DNA of 64,000 nucleotides from Myxococcales bacterium (GTDB lineage: Bacteria; Myxococcota_A; Polyangia; Polyangiales; Polyangiaceae): contig JANYHK010000120.1 in assembly GCA_025359105.1 (NCBI GenBank), positions 151,811 through 215,810 of the forward strand, read 5' to 3'. The notes under the pieces were generated by a model, which saw nothing but the letters and a program-made list of their open reading frames with translations, was not told the DNA's origin and did no database searches. The position numbers and the translations under genes are program-made. Shown here piece after piece: positions 28,498 through 37,733 of this stretch. Numbering within the stretch: the first letter of the stretch is position 1; each line of letters opens with the position of its first letter.

Positions 28498-29345
28498 CCG
28501 AGCGGCTTGGTGCAGGACTGCACCGTCTCTCCGGCGCCGCACGTGTGCGTCTGGCACGGCCCGCCGAGCTCGCATTCGGAGGTGGTCTTGCAGACCTGGT
28601 ACCGCTCCACGCCGGTGATGCACGTCGGCATGCACGTCGCTTGAATCCCTTGGGCCAAAAACTGGATGCAGCAGACCTTCGACCCCGTGCAGTCCGCCTT
28701 CTCGTCGCACTCCTCGACGGCGCCGGTCGAACAAAAGCTTCCCGCCGCCAGCGGGCCGCAGGTCTGCTTTCCTGCGTCGTTCGTCACCGTGTCGCAGCAG
28801 CCTTGCCCGGCGTCGAGGTCGCACTCCTTGCCGCCGCAGGCAACCTTGCCGGGAGTCGAGCCCCCGGAGGTGCACGAGTCCACTTTCCACGCGCCCGCGC
28901 CGCCCGTGCCTACGCACGTCGCGCGGAAGGTGCCCGCGTCGGACGGGCACGCGTAGTCGCAGGTCATGCCGACGCTCGGGCCGCAGCAGCCGCCGCACGC
29001 GGAGCCCGCGGCCGGCGGCGTCGGGCTGCAGCCGCCGAAGCAGCCAGGGCTACTGCAGAGCCACTGCCCCTGGGAGCAACTGCAAAACGAGCAGCCGTAC
29101 GTGCACGCCAGCTTCTCGCCGTTGCACTTGCCGCTCGGTTGCGTCGCCGGGCAGCCGGGCGGGTTTGGGCTGTCCGCGCCAGCGTCCCCCGTGGTCCCGT
29201 CGGGTCCCGCCGCCTCCGACCCTGCGTCGACGTCGCTCACGCCCGAGAAGCTCCCGCCGCCGCACGAGCCGACGAGCCAAACGAACCCCGCCGCGCTAGC
29301 AGCCAGCGAACCTGCCCCCAAAGATCGAAGTGTTCGCGCCCCCAT
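28488..29345 (-). CDS. cysteine-rich secreted lipoprotein
   Basis: MGARTLRSLGAGSLAASAAGFVWLVGSCGGG lipobox. More than 40 Cys in 285 aa (CNGEKLACTYGCSFCSCSQGQWLCSSPGCFGGC...). Confidence 0.6.
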   Translation of the reverse strand: MGARTLRSLGAGSLAASAAGFVWLVGSCGGGSFSGVSDVDAGSEAAGPDGTTGDAGADSPNPPGCPATQPSGKCNGEKLACTYGCSFCSCSQGQWLCSSPGCFGGCSPTPPAAGSACGGCCGPSVGMTCDYACPSDAGTFRATCVGTGGAGAWKVDSCTSGGSTPGKVACGGKECDLDAGQGCCDTVTNDAGKQTCGPLAAGSFCSTGAVEECDEKADCTGSKVCCIQFLAQGIQATCMPTCITGVERYQVCKTTSECELGGPCQTHTCGAGETVQSCTKPLGCQ

Positions 29346-29442
29346 CCTGATGGCCAAGGCTAGCCCCGACCCCGGTTCGTCGCTAGTTGGTACGGCCATT
29401 TCGTGTCATGCTACGCGTCGTCGTCACACGAGGAGTAAGCCT

Positions 29443-30555
29443 ATGAGCGAGCGTGGAGCCAACGAGGTCGTCGCGAAGATCGAAGAGGATTCGGCGCTCA
29501 GCCGCCGCGCGTTCGTCGGTGGCGCCGCCGCAGCCGCCGTCGCGACGACGCTCCTCACGTCGAGCACCGATGCCGAGGCCGCGCAGGGCGAAAAGAGCCT
29601 CGCCGCCGTGCTCCCGGCCGGGTTCACGCCGATGTCGGCGCCCGGCAAGATCGTCAAGGTCACGAAGAAGGACTGCCTCCAGACCAACCAGCTCTACCCC
29701 AAGGACGACGACGCCAAGGCGATGCTCACGCGCGCCATGACCGAGTTCACCGGGAAGGCGGATCTGGTCGAGGCCATCAAGCTCTTCATCCACCCGCAGG
29801 ACATCGTGTGCGTGAAGGTGAACGGCATCGCCGAGAAGAACATGGGGACGAACAAGGAGCTCGTCCTCCCGTTCATCGAGGCCATGATCCAGTCGGGCGT
29901 ACCGGCCGAGAGCATCACCGTGCTCGAGCAGTACGGCAGCTTCCTCGCGGGCACGCGCATCAACGCGCAGAACGTGCCCAAGGGTGTGAAGGTCGTCGTC
30001 CACGGCAACGGCGACACGACGATGCCCGACCGCGTCATCCCGAACACCGGCCCCTCACGCAAAGAGGACCTGAAGACGAAGTTCTGCCGCACGCTCACCG
30101 ACTCCACCGCGGTGGTGAACTTCTCGCTGATCAAGGACCACGCGATCTGCGGGTACACCGGCCTCCTCAAGAACATGACGCACGGCACGCAGACGTCGCC
30201 GCACATCTTCCACTCGCACCACGCGAGCCCGCAGATCGCCCAGCTCTACGCGCAGGACATCATCAAGTCGCGGGTCCGCCTGAACATCACCGACGGCTTC
30301 AAGATCATGGCCCACGGCGGCCCGCTCTGGAAGTCGCCGAAGCACGTGCGCCCGCACGAGAGCATCTACGTCTCGACCGACGCGGTCGCGATGGACACGA
30401 TCGGCGCCGAGCTCGTCGACCAGGCGCGCGCGGACTTCAAGCTCAAGTCCCTCGCCGACGAAGGCCGCGCCCCCGCCTACATCAAGGTGGCGGCGGAGAT
30501 GGGCCTCGGCATCGCCGACAAGAGCCAGATCCAGCTCAAAGAAATCACGATCTGA
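29443..30555 (+). CDS. DUF362-domain protein with twin-arginine (Tat) signal
   Basis: RBS AGGAGTAAG. MSERGANEVVAKIEEDSALSRRAFVGGAAAAAVATT carries an SRRAFV Tat motif. The DUF362-like core includes VCVKVNG..., HAICGYTGLLKNMTHG and AMDTIGAEL. Confidence 0.8.
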   Translation: MSERGANEVVAKIEEDSALSRRAFVGGAAAAAVATTLLTSSTDAEAAQGEKSLAAVLPAGFTPMSAPGKIVKVTKKDCLQTNQLYPKDDDAKAMLTRAMTEFTGKADLVEAIKLFIHPQDIVCVKVNGIAEKNMGTNKELVLPFIEAMIQSGVPAESITVLEQYGSFLAGTRINAQNVPKGVKVVVHGNGDTTMPDRVIPNTGPSRKEDLKTKFCRTLTDSTAVVNFSLIKDHAICGYTGLLKNMTHGTQTSPHIFHSHHASPQIAQLYAQDIIKSRVRLNITDGFKIMAHGGPLWKSPKHVRPHESIYVSTDAVAMDTIGAELVDQARADFKLKSLADEGRAPAYIKVAAEMGLGIADKSQIQLKEITI

Positions 30556-30717
30556 GTCTCCTCGCGAGGGCGTGGCGCCTCGGAGCGGGTGTGGACGTGG
30601 GGCGCCAAGCACGTGCGCGGGCGCACTTGCGCCTGTCCGCGCGGCCACAGTTGCCCCGAAACGCGCAAGAAGGCGACAAATTGCAGCGCGGCGTGACGTT
30701 TGCAACCTGCACTGGAC

Positions 30718-31281
30718 ATGAGCTCGCGTGGCCGACTGGCTCTCCTCTTCGTTCTCGCCTCGGGCTGCGTCGCGGGGTGTAGCTCGCACGCCGAGATCGT
30801 CCCGCTCCTCTCGGCGAACGGGATCCCCGTAACCGAGCCCACCACCGTTCCCCTCCGCGTGGTCACGCGCTCCACCGCCGTCAACGATCCGCTCCACCTC
30901 CGCGGCACGCGCGTGGAGTACGGCGACATCGAGGCCGCCCTCGGCCACGCCGTCGCGTCCGCCACCGTCCCCTGGGCCGACGTTCATCGCGCCCATCCGT
31001 CGGGCAAGGACGGCTGGCATCTCTTCGTCGAAGTCACGAACGCCGAGGCCCAGTACGACGACGGCCGCGTGATCTTCTCGATGGCCGTACGCGCGACCTT
31101 GCGCATGCGCGCCGGGAACATCTACCTCGCACAGACCCAGGCGAGCTGCCGCCAGGGGGCCATCGTCGCCCCCGAGAACGGCGCCCGCACGATGTACCGC
31201 TGCATGATGGAGATCGGGCGCGATCTCGCTGGATGGCTCGACGGCGTCGATCTCAACGCCGTCGCGCCGCGACCGACTTAA
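30718..31281 (+). CDS. hypothetical lipoprotein
   Basis: MSSRGRLALLFVLASGCVAGCSS lipobox. An alternative ATG lies at 30700. Confidence 0.6.
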   Translation: MSSRGRLALLFVLASGCVAGCSSHAEIVPLLSANGIPVTEPTTVPLRVVTRSTAVNDPLHLRGTRVEYGDIEAALGHAVASATVPWADVHRAHPSGKDGWHLFVEVTNAEAQYDDGRVIFSMAVRATLRMRAGNIYLAQTQASCRQGAIVAPENGARTMYRCMMEIGRDLAGWLDGVDLNAVAPRPT

Positions 31282-31346
31282 CCGCCTCGAGCCGACACAA
31301 ACCAACAGGAGGCGCGCGGCACAGCCGCCGCCAGACGGGTGCTCTC

Positions 31347-32636
31347 ATGCGTTCACTCTCGATCATGGGTCTGTCTTTCGTCGGGCTCGTCGCCCTCACC
31401 ACTGGGACGGGCTGCGCGGCCGGCGTGGCCGTGCAACCCGGTCACCGCGCGCTGCGCTTCGATCCGGAAAACGGCGGTATCCAGCACGAGGTCCTCAAGG
31501 AGGGCTTCTACAAGACCCCTTGTCCGTTCTGGAAGCCGGAGGGCAGCTGCGCGCGCCTCGACGACTTCGACGTCACGTACACGACCTCGAAGAAGGCGCT
31601 GCGCGCGCTGTCTGCCGAGGGATTGCCCCTCGACCTGTCCATCGCCGTCACCTACCGCCCGATCATCTCGGAGCTCTACCTCCTCGACACCGAGATCGGC
31701 ACCAACTACTTCGACGAGGTCATCGGCCCCGAGTTCCAGAGCGCCGCGATCGGCGTCTTCGCGACGACGTCGTACCTGGACCTGCACAAGCGCAACGGCA
31801 TGATCGAGGACGCCGTCGAGAAGCAGCTCCGCGAGCGACTGAAGGGCAAGCACATCGAGGTCTCGCGCGTGAACATCGAGAACGTGGCCTACGCGCCGGA
31901 GATCCGGCAGTCGGAGACCGAGCGCGTCGTGTCGCAGGAGCAAGCGCTCCGCGACAAGCAGATCATGGAGAACGCGGCCATGCAGAAGAAGCGCCAGCTG
32001 GAGCTCGCGGCGCAGACGAAGAAGCTCGAGCTCGAGACGGCGTCCGAGCAGAAGAAGATGGAGCTCTCCGCCCAGACCGAGCAGAAGAAGCTCGAGCTCT
32101 CGGCCCAGGCCGAGCAGAGCAAGCTCACGGCGATGTCGAAGCTCGAGGTCGACAAGATCCAGATCCAGACCCAGACCGAGAACGAAAAGTTTCGCATCGA
32201 GTCGGAGCTCCGCAACAAGCAGCAGGAGAAGAAGCTGCTGCTCGAACAGGCGCAGATCGATCGCATCAAGGCGGAGGGCGACGCGACTACGAAGGTCGCG
32301 ACGGCAAAGGGGGAGGCGACGGCTCGCAGCGCGCTCGCCAAGGCTACCGCCGACGAGACGCGGGCGTCGGTCGCGAACGTCACGCCGATGCACGTGATGA
32401 TGCACGCCTACGACGCGCTGGGGCACCTCGGCGGCACCGGCACGACGATCATGCTCGGCGACTGGTCGCGGACGCCGCAGTTCCTGTTCCCGAAGATCCC
32501 CGGTTTCCAGCAGATGTTCAACCCGTACGGAGGCTTCCCCGGCATGATGCCCGCCCCCGCCCCCGCTCCCTCGGCGACCAACGGCGCGACGCCTGGCGAC
32601 GGAAGCAAGCTGTCGGCGAACACCAACCCGTACTGA
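31347..32636 (+). CDS. SPFH/band-7 (prohibitin/HflC-like) domain lipoprotein with coiled-coil repeat region
   Basis: MRSLSIMGLSFVGLVALTTGTGCAAG lipobox and an SPFH core (LPLDLSIAVTYRP...EVIGPEFQSAAIGVF...). There are about four copies of a repeat like QKK(R/M/K)(Q/M)LEL(A/S)AQT(K/E), with matching direct DNA repeats at about 31985..32130. Confidence 0.8.
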   Translation: MRSLSIMGLSFVGLVALTTGTGCAAGVAVQPGHRALRFDPENGGIQHEVLKEGFYKTPCPFWKPEGSCARLDDFDVTYTTSKKALRALSAEGLPLDLSIAVTYRPIISELYLLDTEIGTNYFDEVIGPEFQSAAIGVFATTSYLDLHKRNGMIEDAVEKQLRERLKGKHIEVSRVNIENVAYAPEIRQSETERVVSQEQALRDKQIMENAAMQKKRQLELAAQTKKLELETASEQKKMELSAQTEQKKLELSAQAEQSKLTAMSKLEVDKIQIQTQTENEKFRIESELRNKQQEKKLLLEQAQIDRIKAEGDATTKVATAKGEATARSALAKATADETRASVANVTPMHVMMHAYDALGHLGGTGTTIMLGDWSRTPQFLFPKIPGFQQMFNPYGGFPGMMPAPAPAPSATNGATPGDGSKLSANTNPY

Positions 32637-32651
32637 GAAAGAAGGCGCGCC

Positions 32652-33638
32652 GTGCGAACGATCCTCATCGCCGTGGCGTGTGGCGCGGTGCTCGCCTGCC
32701 TGGGCTGCTCGGCGTCGATCCGGCGTCCGGTGGTCCCCACCGACGCCGTATCCGCCCTCGAGCAGGTCACGCACTCGAACGACAACGAGTTCGACCCGGC
32801 CGTCGCGCCCGACGGGAAGTCCATCGCGTACGAGGTCGCCTCGTCGGCGGACGCCATGCCTCACGTCGAGGTCATGGCGCTCGCCGACGTCGGCACCGGA
32901 CACGCCGGGAAAATGCTCTACACGTCGAACGACACGATGGGACTGCAGCCTACGTGGATGCCCGATGGCACGAGCCTCATCTTCGTGTCCAGGACCAAGA
33001 ACTCGGCGAAGGCGCTCGTGCAGACGTTCGGCAAGAGCCCGGCCGAGACGAACTTCGTCGCCGAGGCGGGCGATCCGTACCTCGTCGCGGAGTGGCCGGC
33101 GATGTCACCCGACGGCCAGACGATGGCGATGTCGCTCGTGAACGTCGTGCGGTTCGAGTCGGGGTGGCGTAGCGTGCGGCAGTTCGATCACGCGCTCGGC
33201 ATCTCCGACCTGATCGGCACCGGTGTCACGGTGCTCGGTTCCGGATCTGCGCCGGCGTTCAGCCCCGACGGCCGGCGCATCGCGTTCTCCCGGACGACGA
33301 GTGACGGCCACGCGCACCTCTTCGTCGCGAACGCCGATGGCACGGAGTCCCACCAGATCAGCTACGGCTCGGCCGACGACGTCGAGCCGTCCTGGTCGCC
33401 CGACGGGCTGCGCGTCGCCTTCTGCTCGGCGCACGTCGAGGAGGAACGCTACGTCCAGGCGAACCTCTTCGTCGTCCACGACGACGGCGCCGGTCTCGTG
33501 CAGCTCACCGAAGGAGACCGCCTCGCGTCGCGTCCGTCGTGGAGCCGTGACGGGTTCGTCTACTTCCACGCCAACGCGACCGAGCGCTTCCACATCTGGC
33601 GCGTGCGCCTCAAGGAAGCCGGCGCTGCGAGCCTCTGA
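32652..33638 (+). CDS. TolB-like / PD40 beta-propeller repeat lipoprotein
   Basis: GTG start. MRTILIAVACGAVLACLGCSAS lipobox. Repeated PD40-like motifs (FDPAVAPDGKSIAYE, PTWMPDGTSLIFVS, PAMSPDGQTMAMS, PAFSPDGRRIAFSR, PSWSPDGLRVAFCS, PSWSRDGFVYF). Confidence 0.8.
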   Translation: MRTILIAVACGAVLACLGCSASIRRPVVPTDAVSALEQVTHSNDNEFDPAVAPDGKSIAYEVASSADAMPHVEVMALADVGTGHAGKMLYTSNDTMGLQPTWMPDGTSLIFVSRTKNSAKALVQTFGKSPAETNFVAEAGDPYLVAEWPAMSPDGQTMAMSLVNVVRFESGWRSVRQFDHALGISDLIGTGVTVLGSGSAPAFSPDGRRIAFSRTTSDGHAHLFVANADGTESHQISYGSADDVEPSWSPDGLRVAFCSAHVEEERYVQANLFVVHDDGAGLVQLTEGDRLASRPSWSRDGFVYFHANATERFHIWRVRLKEAGAASL

Positions 33639-33681
33639 GCGGGGAGGGGGAGATTCGGGGCGCGAGCGTGGGGCTGCCGCT

Positions 33682-33939
33682 CTACCCTCCGCTGAGGGCC
33701 TGCACGAGCTGCACTTCGTCGGTCGGCTGGAGCGGGCGAGCGAGATCGAACACCTGCTCGCCGTTCACGAAGAAGCGGACGTGGGGGCGAAGGCCGTCCT
33801 GCTCGTCCACGACGCGAAATCGGAAGCCGGGGAAGCGCTGGTCGAGATCGGTGAGGAGCTCGGCCAGCGTCGCGCCGCACGCTTCGACGTCGGCCGCGCG
33901 CGTGTACGAGAGGAGCGGGCTAGGGATCAGCACCTTCAT
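33682..33939 (-). CDS. MoaD/ThiS-like ubiquitin-fold small protein ending in Gly-Gly
   Basis: MKVLIPSPLLSYTRAADVEACGATLAELLTDLDQRFPGFRFRVVDEQDGLRPHVRFFVNGEQV...VQLVQALSGG, 85 aa. The ATG overlaps the stop of the upstream BNR gene (ATGA). Confidence 0.65.
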   Translation of the reverse strand: MKVLIPSPLLSYTRAADVEACGATLAELLTDLDQRFPGFRFRVVDEQDGLRPHVRFFVNGEQVFDLARPLQPTDEVQLVQALSGG

Positions 33940-35123
33940 GACGAGAGCTCCGCGACCTCGACCGCGTAGATCTCCGGCAGATTCCGCGCGAGGAGGGAGA
34001 AGCGCGCGCCCTCGTCGCGGCTCATCCACACCTCGCCGCTCGTCGTCCCCAGGTAGAGGCCGACAGGCGCGCGCGCGTCCGCGGCCATCGCCTGGCGCTT
34101 CACCGTCCACCACGCCTGGCTCTTGGGCAGCCCGACGTCCAGGCGCTGCCATGTCTTGCCGCCGTTGCGCGTCGTGTACGCCGCGGGGGCACCGTCCGGG
34201 CTGGTGCGCGGCCAAACCGTCGTGCCATCCATCGGAAAGACCCACGCGACGTTCGCGTTGCGCGGGTGGACCACCATCGGGAAGCCGACGTCGCCGACGC
34301 GCTTGGGCATGCTCTTGCCGATCCGAGTCCACGACGTCGAAGGGCGATCGAGCCGGTAGATGCCGCAGTGATTCTGCTGGTAGAGCCGGTCGGGGTTGCT
34401 CGGGCAAATGCGAGCGCAGTGCGGATCGTGGAACGCGAGGTTCTTCGCGTCGAACCCACCGACGACCTCGAGGCCCTGCGAGAGCGGTGTCCAGGTCTTG
34501 CCGCGGTCGCGAGACTCGTGGAAGCCCCCGCTCGACATGCCGACGTAGAGATGGGCGGCGTCGCGGGGATCGACGAGCACCGAGTGGAGCTTCGGCCCGT
34601 CGGGGGTCCCGTCCTGCTCGCCGCCCATGCGCTTGCGGTACTCCGGATCGTCGTTCAATCCGCCGATCGGCTCCCACGTCTCGCCGCCGTCCTCCGACCG
34701 GAAAAGCCCTTGCGGCGATGTGCCTGCGTACCACGTGCCTGGCTCGCTCGCGTGGCCGGGGGTGAGCCAGAAGGTGTGATCGACGACGCGTCCCTTCTCC
34801 CCCTCCGGCGCCTTCGGAAATGCGGGCGGACGCGCGGCCTCCTTCCACGTGCGTCCCAGATCGCTGGAGCGGAAGACGGTGGGCCCCAGGTGACCGGTCT
34901 TGGCCGCAGCGAGGAGCGTGCGCCCGTCGCGAGGGTCGAGCACCAGGTGACTGACGATGTGGCCGAGAAAATGCGGTCCGCTGACGCGCCACGCTTTGCG
35001 GCCGGCGTCGCCGAGGTAGATCCACGCGCCCTTGCGCGTCGCGACGAGGACCGCGAGGCGGACCTTGGACCGCGGCGCCGCAGGCGCTTTGGCTCGTGCA
35101 GTCGAACGGGAGTTTCGCGCCAT
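33936..35123 (-). CDS. BNR/Asp-box repeat beta-propeller protein (Ycf48- or sialidase-like fold)
   Basis: Real start ATG 35123 (MARNSRST...); the upstream track ORF is R-rich junk. Asp-box motifs SSDLGRTW, SEDGGETW, SRDRGKTW, TRNGGKTW, SRDEGARF. Confidence 0.75.
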   Translation of the reverse strand: MARNSRSTARAKAPAAPRSKVRLAVLVATRKGAWIYLGDAGRKAWRVSGPHFLGHIVSHLVLDPRDGRTLLAAAKTGHLGPTVFRSSDLGRTWKEAARPPAFPKAPEGEKGRVVDHTFWLTPGHASEPGTWYAGTSPQGLFRSEDGGETWEPIGGLNDDPEYRKRMGGEQDGTPDGPKLHSVLVDPRDAAHLYVGMSSGGFHESRDRGKTWTPLSQGLEVVGGFDAKNLAFHDPHCARICPSNPDRLYQQNHCGIYRLDRPSTSWTRIGKSMPKRVGDVGFPMVVHPRNANVAWVFPMDGTTVWPRTSPDGAPAAYTTRNGGKTWQRLDVGLPKSQAWWTVKRQAMAADARAPVGLYLGTTSGEVWMSRDEGARFSLLARNLPEIYAVEVAELSS

Positions 35124-35303
35124 CGTTTTGCCCTCCGAGGGCGGCGATAGTACACGCCGCCGCCGCTGAAGCGATGACCGTCCCGCGCACGCGGCTGCCC
35201 ATTTCGGCACACGCCCCTCGATGGACCTTGGGATCCTCAGCGCCGGTGTGGTCGCGCCGCGGCGCCAATGTCGCACCCCGCGACTTCTGACGGATTTCTT
35301 CGG

Positions 35304-35891
35304 ATGGCCCGCTGGCCCGCAGAATGCCTGCTTGGGGGCATGATCCCCTTCTCGAATCGCAAGCGCATGGAGGGTCGGGTCGCGGTCGCGGTCGACTTCG
35401 AGGAGACCCTGTCGACCACCATCGAGCTGGGGCCCGGCGAGTACGAGATCGTGTCGGGGATGTTCCCGACCGCCGACCCGCGCCCGCAGCCGCCGTCCGC
35501 GGAGCCGGTGGAGCTGAGCCTCTCGGATTGTCAGGTCGTCGCGGACGATCTCGAGGAGGACACCGCACCGCGGACTCGGCAGATCTCGTTCGGCCAAATT
35601 CTCGCCCTCGAGCTCGGGAGGGCGATTCCGGCGCCGGCGTCCGAGCCCGAGGGGCCGCTGCCGTGCGAGCCGCAGCAATGGGACCTTCGCTGGAGGCCGC
35701 TTCCGCCCGGGGTGGGCGTCGACGACAGGCGCAGGCAAACGCACCGCACGCGCCGCGCGCGAAGGTCGATGATCCCGCTGGCGACCGTGCTCCTCGGCGT
35801 CGCGCTCGCGGGAGGGCTACTCCGCGACGCGTTTCGCGCGGGGCGGCTCGATCATGTGATCGACGTCGCCGCCTCGTTCGTCATGCGCTGA
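35304..35891 (+). CDS. hypothetical protein (possible PilZ-like), weak call
   Basis: High GC3 and a balanced composition (MARWPAECLLGGMIPFSNRKRMEGRVAVAVDFEETLS...). Its 3' end would overlap the convergent histidine kinase by about 75 nt. No firm motif. Confidence 0.35.
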   Translation: MARWPAECLLGGMIPFSNRKRMEGRVAVAVDFEETLSTTIELGPGEYEIVSGMFPTADPRPQPPSAEPVELSLSDCQVVADDLEEDTAPRTRQISFGQILALELGRAIPAPASEPEGPLPCEPQQWDLRWRPLPPGVGVDDRRRQTHRTRRARRSMIPLATVLLGVALAGGLLRDAFRAGRLDHVIDVAASFVMR

Positions 35892-37124
35892 CGTGTTGGC
35901 GATCGCCGCCGGCGGCGGCGGCGGTTCCCGGAGCGGGAGCGGCGTCGAAGACTCGGGGAAGAGCACCTTGAACTCCGTCCCCTGCCCGACGACGCTCTCG
36001 ACCCAGACGCTGCCCCCGGCGCGCGCGACGACCCCATGGACGATGGCGAGGCCGAGGCCGGTGCCCTTGCCGATCTCCTTGGTAGTAAAGAACGGCTCGA
36101 AGATGCGCGCGATGCCATCGGGGGGGATGCCGCAGCCCGTGTCGCGCACGGTCAGCTCGACGTGCGCGCCGCCCGATAGCCCTCTCGCTTGCGCTTCGCC
36201 ACTCTCCAAGGACACGTGCGACGTCGTGATCGTGACGGTGCCCCCATCGGGCATCGCGTCGCGCGCGTTGAGGGTGAGGTTCGTCAGCAGTTGCTCTATC
36301 TGGGTCGGATCGGCCAACACCAGGGCGGGCCTGGAGTCGAGCGCCGTCGCGAGGCTCACCGTGGCGCCGAGCGACGCGCTCAGCATGCGCTCGAGGCCCC
36401 GCACGGACTCGTTCAGGTCGAGGACCTGCGGCTCGATCTTCGTCTTGCGCGCGAACGCGAGGAGCCCTCGGGTCAACGCCGCGGCGCGCTCGGCCGCGTC
36501 TTTTAGCTCCGACGCCATCTCGTGGTTTGCGCTGTTCGGTTCGAGCCGCGCAAGCAGCAGCGAGGAATAGTTCAGGATCACGGTGAGGAAGTTGTTGAAG
36601 TCGTGCGCGACGCCGCCGGCCACCGCGCCGATCGCCTGCATCTTCTGGGAGTGGAGGAGCTGCTCGGTCGCCCTGGCGAGCGACGCCTCCGCGCGCGCTC
36701 GCGCTTCAGCCTCCCGTCGCAATTCGTCGTTCGTTTTCGCCAGCTGCTCGGCGCGCGTGCCCGCCGCTGCACGCGCGCGGTGGAGCGCGCCGGCCAAGAG
36801 GGCGATCGTGGCCCCCTCCACCATCGCGAGGGAAAGGCGAACCATGTCGTGCGGCGTCTCGACGTCGAACGCCTCGTAGGGTGCGGCGAACCAGTAGATC
36901 CCCGCCAGCGTGAAGAGCAGGGTGGCGAGCAGGCCGGGACCAAAGCCACCGAACCACGCCGCGAGCATGACGACGCCGAGGTAGATCGCTACCGGCTCGC
37001 CGTGGCCAATGACCGTCGGGAACGAGAGCTTCAGGGCGGTCGCGAGCACAGTTGCGACGACGGCGACGCCGTAGCGCCCCACGCGATGAGCACGCAGTCT
37101 GTGAAAGAGCGCGCTCGAAGTCAC
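35817..37124 (-). CDS. sensor histidine kinase with N-terminal multi-TM (DUF4118/KdpD-like) domain
   Basis: GTG start overlapping the upstream XRE stop (GTGA). Transmembrane helices, then HisKA (GGVAHDFNNFLTVILNY) and HATPase_c (DTGCGIPPDGIARIFEPFFTTKEIGKGTGLGLAIVHG) motifs. Confidence 0.85.
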   Translation of the reverse strand: MTSSALFHRLRAHRVGRYGVAVVATVLATALKLSFPTVIGHGEPVAIYLGVVMLAAWFGGFGPGLLATLLFTLAGIYWFAAPYEAFDVETPHDMVRLSLAMVEGATIALLAGALHRARAAAGTRAEQLAKTNDELRREAEARARAEASLARATEQLLHSQKMQAIGAVAGGVAHDFNNFLTVILNYSSLLLARLEPNSANHEMASELKDAAERAAALTRGLLAFARKTKIEPQVLDLNESVRGLERMLSASLGATVSLATALDSRPALVLADPTQIEQLLTNLTLNARDAMPDGGTVTITTSHVSLESGEAQARGLSGGAHVELTVRDTGCGIPPDGIARIFEPFFTTKEIGKGTGLGLAIVHGVVARAGGSVWVESVVGQGTEFKVLFPESSTPLPLREPPPPPAAIANTSAHDERGGDVDHMIEPPRAKRVAE

Positions 37125-37411
37125 TCGACGCGTCCGGGTGCCTTCGCGTCGTCGTCTGCGACGACGAGCAGCTCGCAGGGGCGCACTTCGAACGCGATCG
37201 CGATGCTCACGATGACGGCCAGGGAAGGATTCGTCCGGCCGGTCTCGATGCTTCGAACATAGGCCGGCTCTACGCCGAAGCGCTCAGCGGCCTCTTCGAA
37301 GGTCCAGTTGCGCGCCGCGCGAAGCGCACGCACGGTTCGGCTGAACGCCTGAGCAGCCTTCCGGAACTCCGAAGTCTCCCGGTGACGCAGTGTTCTCGAA
37401 CTCCTAACCAC
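37121..37411 (-). CDS. XRE-family helix-turn-helix transcriptional regulator
   Basis: C-terminal 80 aa FRKAAQAFSRTVRALRAARNWTFEEAAERFGVEPAYVRSIETGRTNPSLAVIVSIAIAFEV is a cro/C1-type HTH. The start is uncertain: either GTG at 37411 or ATG at 37555, which would add an R-rich N-terminus. Confidence 0.55.
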   Translation of the reverse strand: MVRSSRTLRHRETSEFRKAAQAFSRTVRALRAARNWTFEEAAERFGVEPAYVRSIETGRTNPSLAVIVSIAIAFEVRPCELLVVADDDAKAPGRVE

Positions 37412-37733
37412 TTGGACTCGTCGGAAGGGTCGGACGAGGCGGCCTACGTGGCGAGATCCTATAAGATCATCGGCGTCGGCTTTCCTCAGCGCCGGACCCT
37501 TCTCCGCGCCGGCGCCTTGCCAACTGCGTGGCAAGTCCCGTGCGCGGGCGTTCACGCCTCAATTCGCCCCGCGCGGCGCCCCCGGGGGGCCCGCGAGCGG
37601 CACCGCGCGGTAACAGGCGTGGTGGAAAGGTAGCGCCACCCGGCCCGACGAGTGCTGCGCCCGTCGTCAGAGGCTGCGCCCGTCGTCGCTTCTCCCTCTC
37701 GCCGCCGCGCGCGACAACGTTTACGTTTCCATC

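Noticed and set aside
29694-30206. 170-aa minus ORF inside the DUF362 gene
   Set aside because: Low GC3 and antisense to a strong plus-strand gene.
35268-35891. ORF convergent with and overlapping the histidine kinase 3' end by about 75 nt
   Set aside because: Kept only as a low-confidence feature. The large overlap and lack of motifs mean it could be a frame artifact despite its high GC3.
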